A DNA stretch of 61,979 nt, counting the filler, from Chiloscyllium plagiosum (lineage: Eukaryota), in assembly GCF_004010195.1 (NCBI RefSeq). It is 3 parts of one record of this genome, joined end to end, with 100 filler letters (N's around TTAATTAATTAA, not from the genome) between each part and the next. Parts side by side here need not be neighbours in the genome. Positions count along the whole stretch, not along the records: positions 23,229 to 54,465 come from NC_057716.1; positions 54,566 to 61,979 come from NC_057716.1; 1 more part is not named here. One strand, given 5' to 3'. Numbering within the stretch: the stretch's first letter is position 1; the number at the start of each line of letters is the position of its first letter. The position numbers and the translations under genes were made by a program. Below the pieces are notes generated by a model. It saw only the letters and a program-made list of their open reading frames with translations, did no database searches and was not told the DNA's origin. Below, piece after piece: positions 48,144 to 60,000 of this stretch.

Positions 48144-51100
48144 AGTCTACGCCCCTGTAGATCAGTCAAGAGGAAACGTTTCTTTAAGTCTGCACTGTCC
48201 ATGTCGCTCATTAATTAGTGCATATAAAACATATATCCTCACAGTCTCCTCTGCCTTAAGAAAACAACCCCAGTCAAAACAATCTGTCTTCATAACCTAA
48301 ACTTTTCAATTCGGTAAATTTCTGCACCGTTTCCAGTGCGATCACATGACTACTGTAATGTGAATTGCAGAACTGCACACAATATTTCGGGGGATACGAT
48401 TGAACAAATGATAAAATGGCTCGAGAAAGCCACAGAAACTTGTCTTTTCCAATAAAACATCTTTTGCTCAATCCTGCGCTGTGCACTTATCCTGAGCCCG
48501 ATGCTCCAGTAATCTCTTGTCCGTGTCAGTCAAGGCTGCTCCATGAGGATTAATCACAGAACAGCTGCATCTCAATGGATTGAATTGCTTGAAGATGCCG
48601 ACCATGGGATTGTGGCATTTTCACCCAAAACAGTGACCACAACAATACAGAATGAACAGTGTGAGTATTATATTGTGCAATACCTCAGTGAAATGGGAGA
48701 GTGGACGTTTAGGAGAGTTAGTTCTTGTGGGAGCAAGAGACGTCTCCGATAAAGGGTTGCTATGATACTTGATACGCAAAGTTGTGAGACAGCGGGTGTT
48801 TGAAGAAGGTAATTTATCACCACCAAGAGTATTTTTATGTAAAACAAAGATTGATTTTCCCAGCGTATGCTCAGCACATATTACATGGAGTAAAACGGGA
48901 AAAATGCCGATTGCTGTCACTGTAATTCGAGCAGAACTTGCTGTGTTTACAATGCCAACGAAGAACCATTTCATGATCCTGGCGCTACATGGAAAAGCAC
49001 GATGCAAAAAGCAATAAGGATCGTGGCAGAGGTTATGTCAGGAACAGAACCACATTCACAAAGGAATACTTGTCAAACAGCGACTGAGATGTGGGAACTC
49101 AGATTCGGTTGAATCTTTAACTTCTATATCTCGAGAGACTGTAGAGATTGCAACACTGAGATTGTAGGAGATTACTTTTGCGAGATATCTACAAAAGTTC
49201 AAAGGGTCGTGGAATACTGAGGCTATTGCTGAAATGTAGTTATCAATAACAATGTATTTTGACATCGGTTACTTCACCAATTTCCTCACTCATTGACGTA
49301 ATCATATAATGGTATGTCATATAATCCCAGTTCCCAGGCATGGAATCAGAGAAATTGAGTCGCACTGCTCCCAAAACGAATTGGAAATGGTTATGGCGGT
49401 GAGCGCGACCATGTGGCTGTAACAATACAATTGGTGAGAGGAATACCATTCTCTGATGATACAGAGGTGCGTGAAATATTGAGGCTAAATCTCCTGCCTT
49501 ACCGAAAGCGGCTTCAATTCCCACGCATCAAGAAGCAGTGGGACATTAGGCTGGGAGATACAATTTCACCTGCAAGAACTTGTATTGACATGGAACAGAG
49601 AACATTGGGAGATACGTTGGGCGGAAAGATAGTCACCTATTTTCATCTTAAATGAAGTATTCTCAGCAGGACACTTATTTTGTGGATTGAGGGAATATCA
49701 GCAACTGGGAAAGTCTAAATTACAAAGAACAATTCTGCAAAGAGTCAATTCTTCGAGACTCAGCTGTGCAGAGAGAAGCAGAAGATTTTTTTACGTCATC
49801 TGCCCGTCCTGAAATGGTTGACTTTGCATTGGATTAATATCCATGAAGGGATGTTTTGCTCGGTTCACAGTATTCACTTTCATGCAAACTCACAAAGATT
49901 GTTACTGTAATCGAAACATCTGAAAATTATCTGGTTTATACGATATGATGATGAGGCTCACGTTCACGTTGGCTATGCTGAAGAAGTGGATTCGAAATTC
50001 ATCAGATCACCAGTGATTCCATTGAATGACTGAGCAGAGAAAGGGTGAATGGAAGCTTCATGAGGACATATGTGTTTTTTTTGGAAATTTCGCTGCTTTG
50101 AAAGGTGATGAAGCTTGGACTGAAGCAGTGACAGTGATCATCTTTACTGCTTGTTCACCTGGTGACCTGCACTGCTATTAATCATGTCCGTGTAAAAGTC
50201 CCCTGTAACTTTCGATTTCGCATCCCGTGGGGCTATTTGTCCGTGTTCAACGACATATCCCAGGAAGGTGACTTTGGCTTTGGCAGGTTCACTTTCAGCG
50301 TGGTTTACAAACCAGTTTGACTTCCGAATTCGATCAAACAAGCCCGATAAATGCTGTAAATATTCAATCCATGAGAGACTGTTAGGCACCAGGCACTATA
50401 TTCACCGGACAGTTGCGTATCCGGCAACTACCCTGTCAGTTAACCTCTGAAATGTGGGCGCACTGTTTTACAAACGGCATTACTTTAAATTTCTACAGTC
50501 CAATTGGCGTTAGAAAATTGCCTTTGATCTTTCCGACAAAGTTGACTGCCATAAAGTCCAACTTGGAAATGTACATTGCTCGTCCAATCTCTTCCACACA
50601 GTCCTTCAACTGCAGATACGTATATGCACCAGTCTTTCTAACAACATTGACTTTGTGATAGTCCACAAATAACTGTTGGGTCTTACCTGGCTTTCGCACT
50701 ATAATGTTGGGTGAACTCCATTCATTGAAACTCACTTCGGTTTTGCCATTTTGGAGCATACGTGACATCTCCTTATGAACTTGCACCAACCTTATAGGGT
50801 TATGCCTGCAAGGATGTTACAAAATCAGAACAGCATCTCCTATATTTACATCATCTACAATTAGGTTATTAATTCCCAGTATATTTCAGCAGATCTCCCC
50901 ATGCATGAGTAATAACTCTTACGATTTACTTCTGGAAGATAACTGAATAATTATACCAATATTGGACAACTTTTGCATTGTCCAATTTTATTTCAGGAAC
51001 GTCCAATTCGGAATTCCCTGAAACTGGTTCTTCCCAGTGTGTTGTAGTCAATAACACATTCTCCTCTTGCGTTCGTTCTCTGCCAAAATACCATGAGCGC

Positions 51101-51490
51101 ATATTCCCATCGCACATTCTGTGAGATTCCTTCATGACTGGAGTCCCTATCAAGTAGCTAACCTCACTCAATTTCCTCTCAATTTGAAAAGGTCTCCTAA
51201 ACCTTGCTTTAAAGTTTCACCAATTAATGCAATTTAAATAAATACATTGTTCCCAGTGGCAAAATTGTGTTTTTTTTAATTTCTCATACACTTCCTGCTT
51301 CACCAATGGCTGCGATACTTTTAAGTGCTGTCTCGACAACTCCCCAACATTATTTAGTCCAACACATCGTCCAAATGCGTGGTCTCTGTAATTTGACTTA
51401 TGATTTGGAGATGCCGGTGTTGGACTGGGGTGTACAAAGTTAAAAATCACACAACACCAGGTTATAGTCCAACAGGTTTAATTGGAAGCA

Positions 51491-51525
51491 CACGAGCTTT
51501 CGGAGCGCCGCTCTTTCATCAGGTG
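51491..51525 (-). ncRNA. Minimal hammerhead ribozyme motif
   Basis: Reverse strand CAC-CTGATGA-A-AGAGC-GGC-GCTCC-GAAA-GCTC^GTG. Confidence 0.68.
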
Positions 51526-53166
51526 ATATTGGAGGGCTCGATCGTTACACAGAGGTTATAGCAAAAGTTTACAGTGTGATGTAACTGAAATTATACATTG
51601 AAGCATTGATTGTCTGTTAAGCCTTTTATCTGTTAGAATACAGTGATAGTTTCATTTCTTTCATGTGTAAATCACAAAACTTGTTTTTTAAATTGCATTC
51701 TCGGGTTAGCTGTTAACAATGGTGATAGCTAGACAAAATGTTGAAGGTGTGAGCCCCCTGTGTTCTCTGTCTATGACCTGATGTTTAAATTGATTCCAAT
51801 CTAAAAACTGAGATAACAGAGTTTTCCATTAATCTGTGCAGTTTTTGAGCTCAGAGTTCTACATGAATGAATGCAGTATTTGAGCAAAGTACAATGTAAC
51901 TCTGCAAGTACAAATTCATGCCACATGACAGGTGATCACCATTGCACTACACACACACAGAGATATTCCTACGCACACACACTCTCACATACACACGGAT
52001 GCAGGTACACACAGACACGCACACAGACACCCACACACACCTTTATAGACACACTCTCCGACAGTCACACATGCACCCCCACACAGACTTAAGACACTCT
52101 GCACACACTACACACACACACACACACACATTTTCACACTCACAACCACCACCCCAGACAGACACACACACACAGACAGACAAAGACCCACATGCACACA
52201 TATATTTTGTGGAGTGAATTTGTACTTGCAGAGTTACATTGTAGTTTGCTCAAAAACTGCATATATCCAATCAAAGATGGGAATAAGTATTAATTAACAC
52301 AAATGGATGGAATCACATTTCAGCCTCCTAATCCATGCCTTTTGATTTCTTCTGCTTCAGATTGTGACTCTGTGATCGTGAAGAGACACAATCTGGGAAA
52401 ATTCCTTTATTGCATTGCGACTCTTGCCTGCATCTCGACTGGCTTTTCAACTGGAGTATGCAGCAAGCTAACCAGTGATTGAGCTATATCATTTGCAAGC
52501 ACAAATTGTATTCTTGGAGCTAAGAGTTTGTCCAGAACTCCCACCACAATTTCCAAACTCTTTTCTGCCCACTCTAGCCTCACTGTACATCACTGAGCAA
52601 CGTTTCGTCCCACCATGAATTCCCGTACACATAGTTCTTCAGGAGTACATATTTCCCATTCTTCTGCATCACAGACTGAGACGATCCTGTGTCCCTTAAT
52701 GTTGCCCCAGACAGACACACACACACAGACAGACAAAGACCCACATGCACACATATATTTTGTGTGGTGAATTCTTTTGTACTTGCAGAGTTACATTCTA
52801 CTTTGCTCAAAAACTGCATACATTCCTGTAGAGCTCTGAGCTCAAAAACTGCATGAATTTATGTAAAACTCTGTTATCTCACTTTTTAGATTAGAATCAA
52901 TCTAAACATCAGGTCATAGACAGAAAACGCAGAGGGCTAACACCTTCAACATTTTGTCTAGCTATCACCATTGTTAACAGCTAACCCGAGAATGGAATTT
53001 AAAAAAAAACGTTTTTGTGATTTACACATGAAAGAAATGAAACTATCACTGTATTCTAACAGATGAAAAGCTTATCAGACAATCAATGTTTCAATGTATA
53101 ATTTCAGTTACATCACACTGTAATTTTTTGCTATAAATTCTGTGTTACGTTCGAGCCCTCCACAAT

Positions 53167-53203
53167 CAACTGATGAAGGAGCGTCGCTCCGAAAGCTATT
53201 GTG
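53167..53203 (+). ncRNA. Minimal hammerhead ribozyme motif
   Basis: CAA-CTGATGA-A-GGAGC-GTC-GCTCC-GAAA-GCTA^TTG. Confidence 0.72.
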
Positions 53204-54465
53204 CTTCCAATTAAACTTGTTGGACTATAACCTGATGTTGTGTGATTTTTAACGAAACTGGCTTATTAATTTTTCCTTATTAAATTTTAATGATCCTCTT
53301 ACTTTATGCCCAAACTTGGTTTCAGATGGTCTTAGTTTGGTGGAATTTTTCGACATATCTCAGATCGCAAACAGCACGGACGCAGCTCCCTTTTGGAAAT
53401 AATCTGGCTACTCCGAACCATAAAACCTCAACATAGTCTTTAATCATTGACGTCACCTTTCCAGTGCACCCTGTGATTCTGGATGGTACACAGTAGATTT
53501 GAATTGTTTTATTCGCAAGCTATCTATATACTCCTTGAAAAGTTTGGATGTGAAGTTTGACCCTTGATCTAATTGAATCTCTGATGATAGTCTTAATCTA
53601 GTTTTTAAAAAAATCGTAATTCGTCCTCAATGCTTTTAGCTGTCATATTGCACAATTGAACAACATTTGGAAATCTCGTTAATAGATCAATTTATGTTTA
53701 TTAATACTTATTCCCATCTTTTATTGGATGTATGGAACCTACACAATGCATCAAGACACTTAAGACAGATTCCTTAAACGCTGCAATAGGTATTAAAGGT
53801 GCAGGCTTTATTATTTCCCATGGTTTTCCATTTAGTTGAAATGTATGACACGTCTGGCAAAATTCAACTAGATTCCTCGGCATTCCAGGCCAGTAAAAAC
53901 GTCTTTGTATTTTAGCCTCCGTTTTCCTCACTCCTAAGTGACATCCAATTTGTGGCACATGCGGCACTTTCAGCACTACTTTTCTGTACCCGACTGGAAA
54001 AATCATTCTGCCCATTTCTCACGTGCCTGAATATGTGTTGTTCTATATTTCCTCCTTAGCATATCATTTGCAAAGTAATATCACACAGGGATGCATTTAC
54101 TCTCCTTCCAAATATATGTCTTCTGATCCAGCTGCTTTAATTTTTTACCTTTTGCTGTAACCCCAGTAGCATAGCTGAGCTGAATATACTTGCATTTTTA
54201 ACGTTTGTCCCCTGCTGTGTCCCACTTATCTGACAATAAAAATTTTGTAATCTTGATGCATTGTGTAGGTTCCCTACATCCAATAAAAGATGGGAATAAG
54301 TATTAATTAACATAAATGGATGGAATCACATTTCAGCCTCCTAATCCATGCCTTTTGATTTCTTCTGCTTCAGATTGTGACTCTGTGATTGCGAAAAGAC
54401 ACAGTCTGGGAAAATTCCTTTATTGCATTGCGACTCTTGCCTGCATCTCGACTGGCTTTTCAACT

Positions 54466-54565
54466 NNNNNNNNNNNNNNNNNNNNNNNNNNNNNNNNNNN
54501 NNNNNNNNNTTAATTAATTAANNNNNNNNNNNNNNNNNNNNNNNNNNNNNNNNNNNNNNNNNNNN
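54466..54565. other. Artificial 100-nt scaffolding gap with TTAATTAATTAA linker (54510-54521)
   Basis: Same construct as 23129-23228. Confidence 0.95.
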
Positions 54566-54770
54566 TGTAGAGAGAGAGAAGCGAGAGAGAGGGAGAAAGA
54601 TTGAGAAAGAGAAGGACGGGTGAGGGACACCTGAGTGAACGAGAGGGAGGGAGAGAGAAAAGGAGCGAGGGGGAGAGAGAGAGAGAGATGAGGTCCGGGC
54701 TAGATAAGTTTTGTATCGTGAGAGTGACTTGGAGGGGTGAGAGTGAGCGATGGAGGGAGTATGGGAGCAG
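54566..54770. repeat. GA-rich low-complexity tract
   Basis: Direct reading. Confidence 0.85.
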
Positions 54771-56149
54771 CAAATAAATATAATCTGCTCAGTTGTGGTT
54801 TCTAGTAAGTACTCATTTGTAAATGGTACTGTTGTGGAAATGCTACTGGAATGCTAATACGGACGGGGCTGACGCTTTGGCAGCAATTGGATGTTAAAAA
54901 TAAGTAACAAAATTTAGAGATTTAAAATCTCCTGGTAGTTATTGTGCACGTGAAGCCAACATTCATTGCAAATACCAATTTACTTTACAAATGTACTTTC
55001 AGGAAACAAGTGTTCCCTGTGTTTTGTCTGGCCTGAAAGTTACTTCCGACACACAGATATGTGATAAACTCTTCAATGGTGTCTGAAATGGCCAATCAAG
55101 ACACCTAAACTGGTGCAATGTATGAAAAGATCAAACCAGGCAGAACACACGGCAACAGCCTCGGTATCGGAAAAGGGGATGGGAGACACAGTTCTGGCGA
55201 CACTGCAGAGACGTCTTGGTCACATCTGAGAACTTATGACAAAATTTACAGACTGCACGGCAAAGGGAGAAGGATCAGGTCATGCAACCCATTGTGCAGT
55301 CGCCCATTCANNNNNNNNNNNNNNNNNNNNNNNNNNNNNNNNNNNNNNNNNNNNNNNNNNNNNNNNNNNNNNNNNNNNNNNNNNNNNNNNNNNNNNNNNN
55401 NNNNNNNNNNNNNNNNNNNNNNNNNNNNNNNNNNNNNNNNNNNNNNNNNNNNNNNNNNNNNNNNNNNNNNNNNNNNNNNNNNNNNNNNNNNNNNNNNNNN
55501 NNNNNNNNNNNNNNNNNNNNNNNNNNNNNNNNNNNNNNNNNNNNNNNNNNNNNNNNNNNNNNNNNNNNNNNNNNNNNNNNNNNNNNNNNNNNNNNNNNNN
55601 NNNNNNNNNNNNNNNNNNNNNNNNNNNNNNNNNNNNNNNNNNNNNNNNNNNNNNNNNNNNNNNNNNNNNNNNNNNNNNNNNNNNNNNNNNNNNNNNNNNN
55701 NNNNNNNNNNNNNNNNNNNNNNNNNNNNNNNNNNNNNNNNNNNNNNNNNNNNNNNNNNNNNNNNNNNNNNNNNNNNNNNNNNNNNNNNNNNNNNNNNNNN
55801 NNNNNNNNNNGAGAAAACGTCAATGTTCTCTGTAAACAGACAAACAAGACACTCAACTGTATCAAATTGCTCCGAGGTCTTAAGGGACAAAACTGGTCAG
55901 AACACACGTTACCAACCTCAGTATCGGAAAACGAAATGGGAAACACAGTCTTGTCGACCCTGCAGAAACCTCCTACCAAATCCTTGTGAGTTGGTAATAT
56001 TTGCATAGCTTTCCGACAGACTGCACAGAAACATCGGGAAAGTAATAGCTCAGTTTAGCACACTGAACCCTCACCATTCTCATCCATAGCCGAACATCAC
56101 CCCAATGCAATTTGTTCCACACGATGCACATATCCCTTAATGTGACTGA

Positions 56150-57050
56150 CCTTTAGAAAATACAATATAGGAACTGCAGTAGGCCCTTTGGTGCGTCGGC
56201 CTTTATACCTATTTAAAAATATTAATGGCTGATCATTTATTTCCACACCAAACTCATCTCTCTATCTATCCCCTTCATGTCTAGAAATCCTTATTTATAT
56301 GCGGTGCCTTGTCTTCAACAGCATTTTATTGCAGAGAATTCCCCAGATTTACCGGTCTCCCGAGTGCAGACATTTATACTCATCTCAATGCACAGCGACC
56401 TGCATATATTTAGTACTTTGGCACCTTGTTTTAGATGCCCCAGCCATGGTAATTGTCATCCCTGCTTCCAATCTGCCTCACCATGTCAGATCTTTATGTA
56501 TTTAACTGAGATCTCCACTCATCTTCCAAAACCCAGGGAATACACGCCCAATCGACCCAGACCCCGACCCTGTTCAAGAGGACACATATCCACTTGGTCG
56601 GTGTAACAGTACCATTCCCATTATTGACTTCTGCCCTCAGAACGCAATGCCTTGCATGGACCTCGGAGGTCTGCGCAGAAGAAACCAAGGAAAGGAGTAT
56701 AAGCACCTTTAAATATCAACGCTTTTAACCAATCCCTTTTGAAATGGCAGGCTGCCATTCTACTTTTCAAACCGAAGTGCACAACGTCAAATCTACCCAT
56801 ATTGTTCTTCATCTGCCACGTATTTTCCCATTCAATCCAATTGTCTCACTCACCGTCACCCACTTACAATCCAACACCGTTTTGTGCCATCAGCAAAATG
56901 GGAAATGTTGCAGTTGAATCCGTCAACCAAATATGTGACATCTATTGGGTATAGCTGGTGCACAAGCAGCAATCCATGCAACGTCCCATGACTCTTCCAA
57001 GTGAAAACAGATTGTTTTATTACTGCTCACTGTTTCCTGTCAGCTCTCCT
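56150..57050 (-). mobile_element. Old CR1 3'/RT fragment
   Basis: Tail AATATAGGAACTGCAGTAGGCC; minus ORF FDVVHFG. Confidence 0.65.
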
Positions 57051-57079
57051 ATTCTATAACCATATTCATATTCTAACCA

Positions 57080-60000
57080 CAATGGTCCCACCATAAAGTA
57101 TTTGTTTCTGTCTATTTTAGCCAACTCCTCCCTCATCCTATGGTATTTTCCTTTGTGTAAGTACAGGGCACTAGTATTGGATTTTGCTTTCTCACCTTGC
57201 ATTTGTATTCTTAATTTAACCAAACTTTTAGTCCCAAGATTGTTTGCCATAGCAATTATTAACGAATTTTATTCTTTTTTTCTCACAAGACGTAGGGCTC
57301 CCAGTATTGATGGGAAGAATTGATTTGTTTGTTTAGTTTTCTGCTGTGAAAATAGAACTGAAGTAGTTGTTTCATAGTTCTGCCAATTCCCTGCTCTCCG
57401 CTATTCTCTTAGTTCAGACTGTAAGGAAGCTGCACTTATGTTCTTTTACCTTTTTCATTGGCAGTTTATGCTTACAACTTTTGTCAATCTACACCTCAGA
57501 AATCCAGCAATTCCTGTCCACACCTTACAATCACAGGATCGTAAACTCTGTATGATCAGAAATACAGCAAAGTTTACATTAGTACCAGTTTCCTGCACCA
57601 GGCCCGCAGTCGGGGATGTTAAGACACTTGAAGAGTTTGTCCGTACATTCTAACGTTTGTGTGGTTGCCGTGACAACTCTCATCTCGGGAAGTGCATTCC
57701 AGATCGCAATATCCTCTGGATGAAAAACAATGATCAAATCCTCTGTAAAACTCATTCATTCACTTTAAAAATGTGCTGTCTTGCTCTTGACCTTTTGAAT
57801 AGAGGGAACAGCTGCTGTGTATACAGCTGGTCCATCTGAATCAGGTCCATCTCAGTTTTCTCTGCTGCAATTTAAACAATCTGAGATTATCCAGCCTCTT
57901 TTCATTGCTAATGTGCTCCATCCCAAATAACATACGAATGAATCTACTCTACACCCCATCTAGTGCAATCACATGCTTCCTGGAATGTGGCACCACTACC
58001 TACGCATAGTATTCTATCTTGGCCTAACCAAAGTCCTGTATAATCGTTATAATATGTATCACGATGAGTAAAGGCTATGATTACTATCCACAATTCTTAA
58101 TTCGACTTTTAAACTGTCCAGTCATATTCAGGGATCTGTGGAGAAACACTCTCTGAGCTTCCTTGTGTGCCGCCATTCATTGAGCGCTCCCCTGTATGGT
58201 TCCTTTTTCCAAAGTGCATCATCTTATATTTATCAGGGTTACATTTCATCTNNNNNNNNNNNNNNNNNNNNNNNNNNNNNNNNNNNNNNNNNNNNNNNNN
58301 NNNNNNNNNNNNNNNNNNNNNNNNNNNNNNNNNNNNNNNNNNNNNNNNNNNNNNNNNNNNNNNNNNNNNNNNNNNNNNNNNNNNNNNNNNNNNNNNNNNN
58401 NNNNNNNNNNNNNNNNNNNNNNNNNNNNNNNNNNNNNNNNNNNNNNNNNNNNNNNNNNNNNNNNNNNNNNNNNNNNNNNNNNNNNNNNNNNNNNNNNNNN
58501 NNNNNNNNNNNNNNNNNNNNNNNNNNNNNNNNNNNNNNNNNNNNNNNNNNNNNNNNNNNNNNNNNNNNNNNNNNNNNNNNNNNNNNNNNNNNNNNNNNNN
58601 NNNNNNNNNNNNNNNNNNNNNNNNNNNNNNNNNNNNNNNNNNNNNNNNNNNNNNNNNNNNNNNNNNNNNNNNNNNNNNNNNNNNNNNNNNNNNNNNNNNN
58701 NNNNNNNNNNNNNNNNNNNNNNNNNNNNNNNNNNNNNNNNNNNNNNNNNNNNNNNNNNNNNNNNNNNNNNNNNNNNNNNNNNNNNNNNNNNNNNNNNNNN
58801 NNNNNNNNNNNNNNNNNNNNNNNNNNNNNNNNNNNNNNNNNNNNNNNNNNNNNNNNNNNNNNTCTGGATAACTTGCTGCTTCTTCCTTGATAATAGAACG
58901 AAGTATTTTCCCCACAACGGAAGCTAGGTTTTTGGCCTATAATCCCTCACCTTTTGTCCATTCTTTTTAAAACAGTGGCGTCACATTTAGTGTTTTCCAA
59001 CCTGCTGGAATTCTACCAGAGTCAGGAAAATTTCCACAAGTCCATTTGCTATTTCTTCCACCACCTCTTTTATTTCACTGGGATGCATACCTTCAAAGTT
59101 AGGAGACCTATCTACTTTTAGTTACATTAGCTTGCCCAACACTACCTCATTATTGATAATGATTATTTCCAGGTTCTCACTTTGCTTCGTCCCTTTGTGA
59201 ATTACTGGCATGTTATTACTGGTCCATTACGGTGAAAAATGACGCAAAACGCCTGTTCAATGCCGCGGCTGTTTCATCATATCCCGTTACTAAATCCCCC
59301 TTAACATCCTCTAAAAGACCAATGATTAGCTTAACCACTCTTTTCGTTTCAGAGATTTATGGAAACTTTAGCTAGCTGTCTTGTTTTCTGAGTTTTTATC
59401 TTTACTTTCTTGACAGTTTTTTTGTGACGTTCTGTTGCCCTTTAAAGGTTTCCCAATCTTCTAGTTTCAATCTAGTCTTTACCATTATTTATGCCATATC
59501 TTTTAACTTGATTACCTCCCTTATTTTCTCGGGCATTCATGGTAGATCATCCCTTTCCGGCAGTCCTTCCTTTTCACTGGTATATAATTTTGCTGAGCAC
59601 GTTGAAAAAGAATGATTTGACAGTCATCCCCTGTTCATTAATGGTCCCACCATAAAGTATTTGTTTCCGTCTATTTTAGCCAACTCCTCCCTCATCCTAT
59701 GGTATTTTCCTTTGTGTAAGTACAGGACACTGGTATTGGTTTTTGCTTTCTCACCTTGCATTTGTATTCTTAATTTAACCAAAGTTTTAGTCCCAATAAT
59801 GTTTACCACAGCATTTATTAACGAATTTTATTCTTTTTTTCTCACAAGACGTAGGGCTCCCAGCATTGCTGGGAAGAATTGATTTGTTTGGTTAGTTTTC
59901 TTCTGTGAAGATAGAACTGAAGTAGTTGTTTCATAGTTCTGCCAATTCCCTGCTCTCCGCTGTTCTCTTAGTTCAGACTGTAAGGAAGCTGCACTTATGT

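Larger units (their letters stand above)
40680..50145. repeat. Decayed tandem array of about four copies of a ~2.7-3.1 kb unit containing tRNA relics
   Basis: Marker CCATT(C/G)AATG(G/A)CTGA...TGGAAG(C/T)TTCAT at ~42058, 45580, 46956, 50018; other shared blocks at 43287/48491, 43812/49001, 44112/49318, 41081/46610/49669. Confidence 0.9.
51401..53254. mobile_element. Penelope-related element with ~480-bp inverted arms inserted in the Gmr1-like element
   Basis: 51438-51918 is the reverse complement of ~52768-53253; degenerate TSD AATTTGACTTA / AAACTGGCTTA; host sequence rejoins when the insertion is removed. Confidence 0.85.
50145..54465 (-). mobile_element. Gmr1-like Gypsy LTR retrotransposon pol remnant (integrase upstream of RT)
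   Basis: Minus strand order: HLGVRKTEAKIQRRFYWPG..CQTC (54015-53700), integrase core SDQGSNFTS, YHPESQGALE (~53600-53450), then RT EWSSPNIIVRKPG..LFVDYHKVN, VTFLGYVV (50790-50200). Confidence 0.9.

Noticed and set aside
51401..53254. Long inverted arms as TIRs of a DNA transposon
   Set aside because: Arms are asymmetric (left arm ~37 nt longer at its outer end), carry hammerhead motifs and enclose no transposase; this fits inverted Penelope-type ends better
55118..58927. ORFs of 200-296 aa
   Set aside because: Consist mostly of N runs
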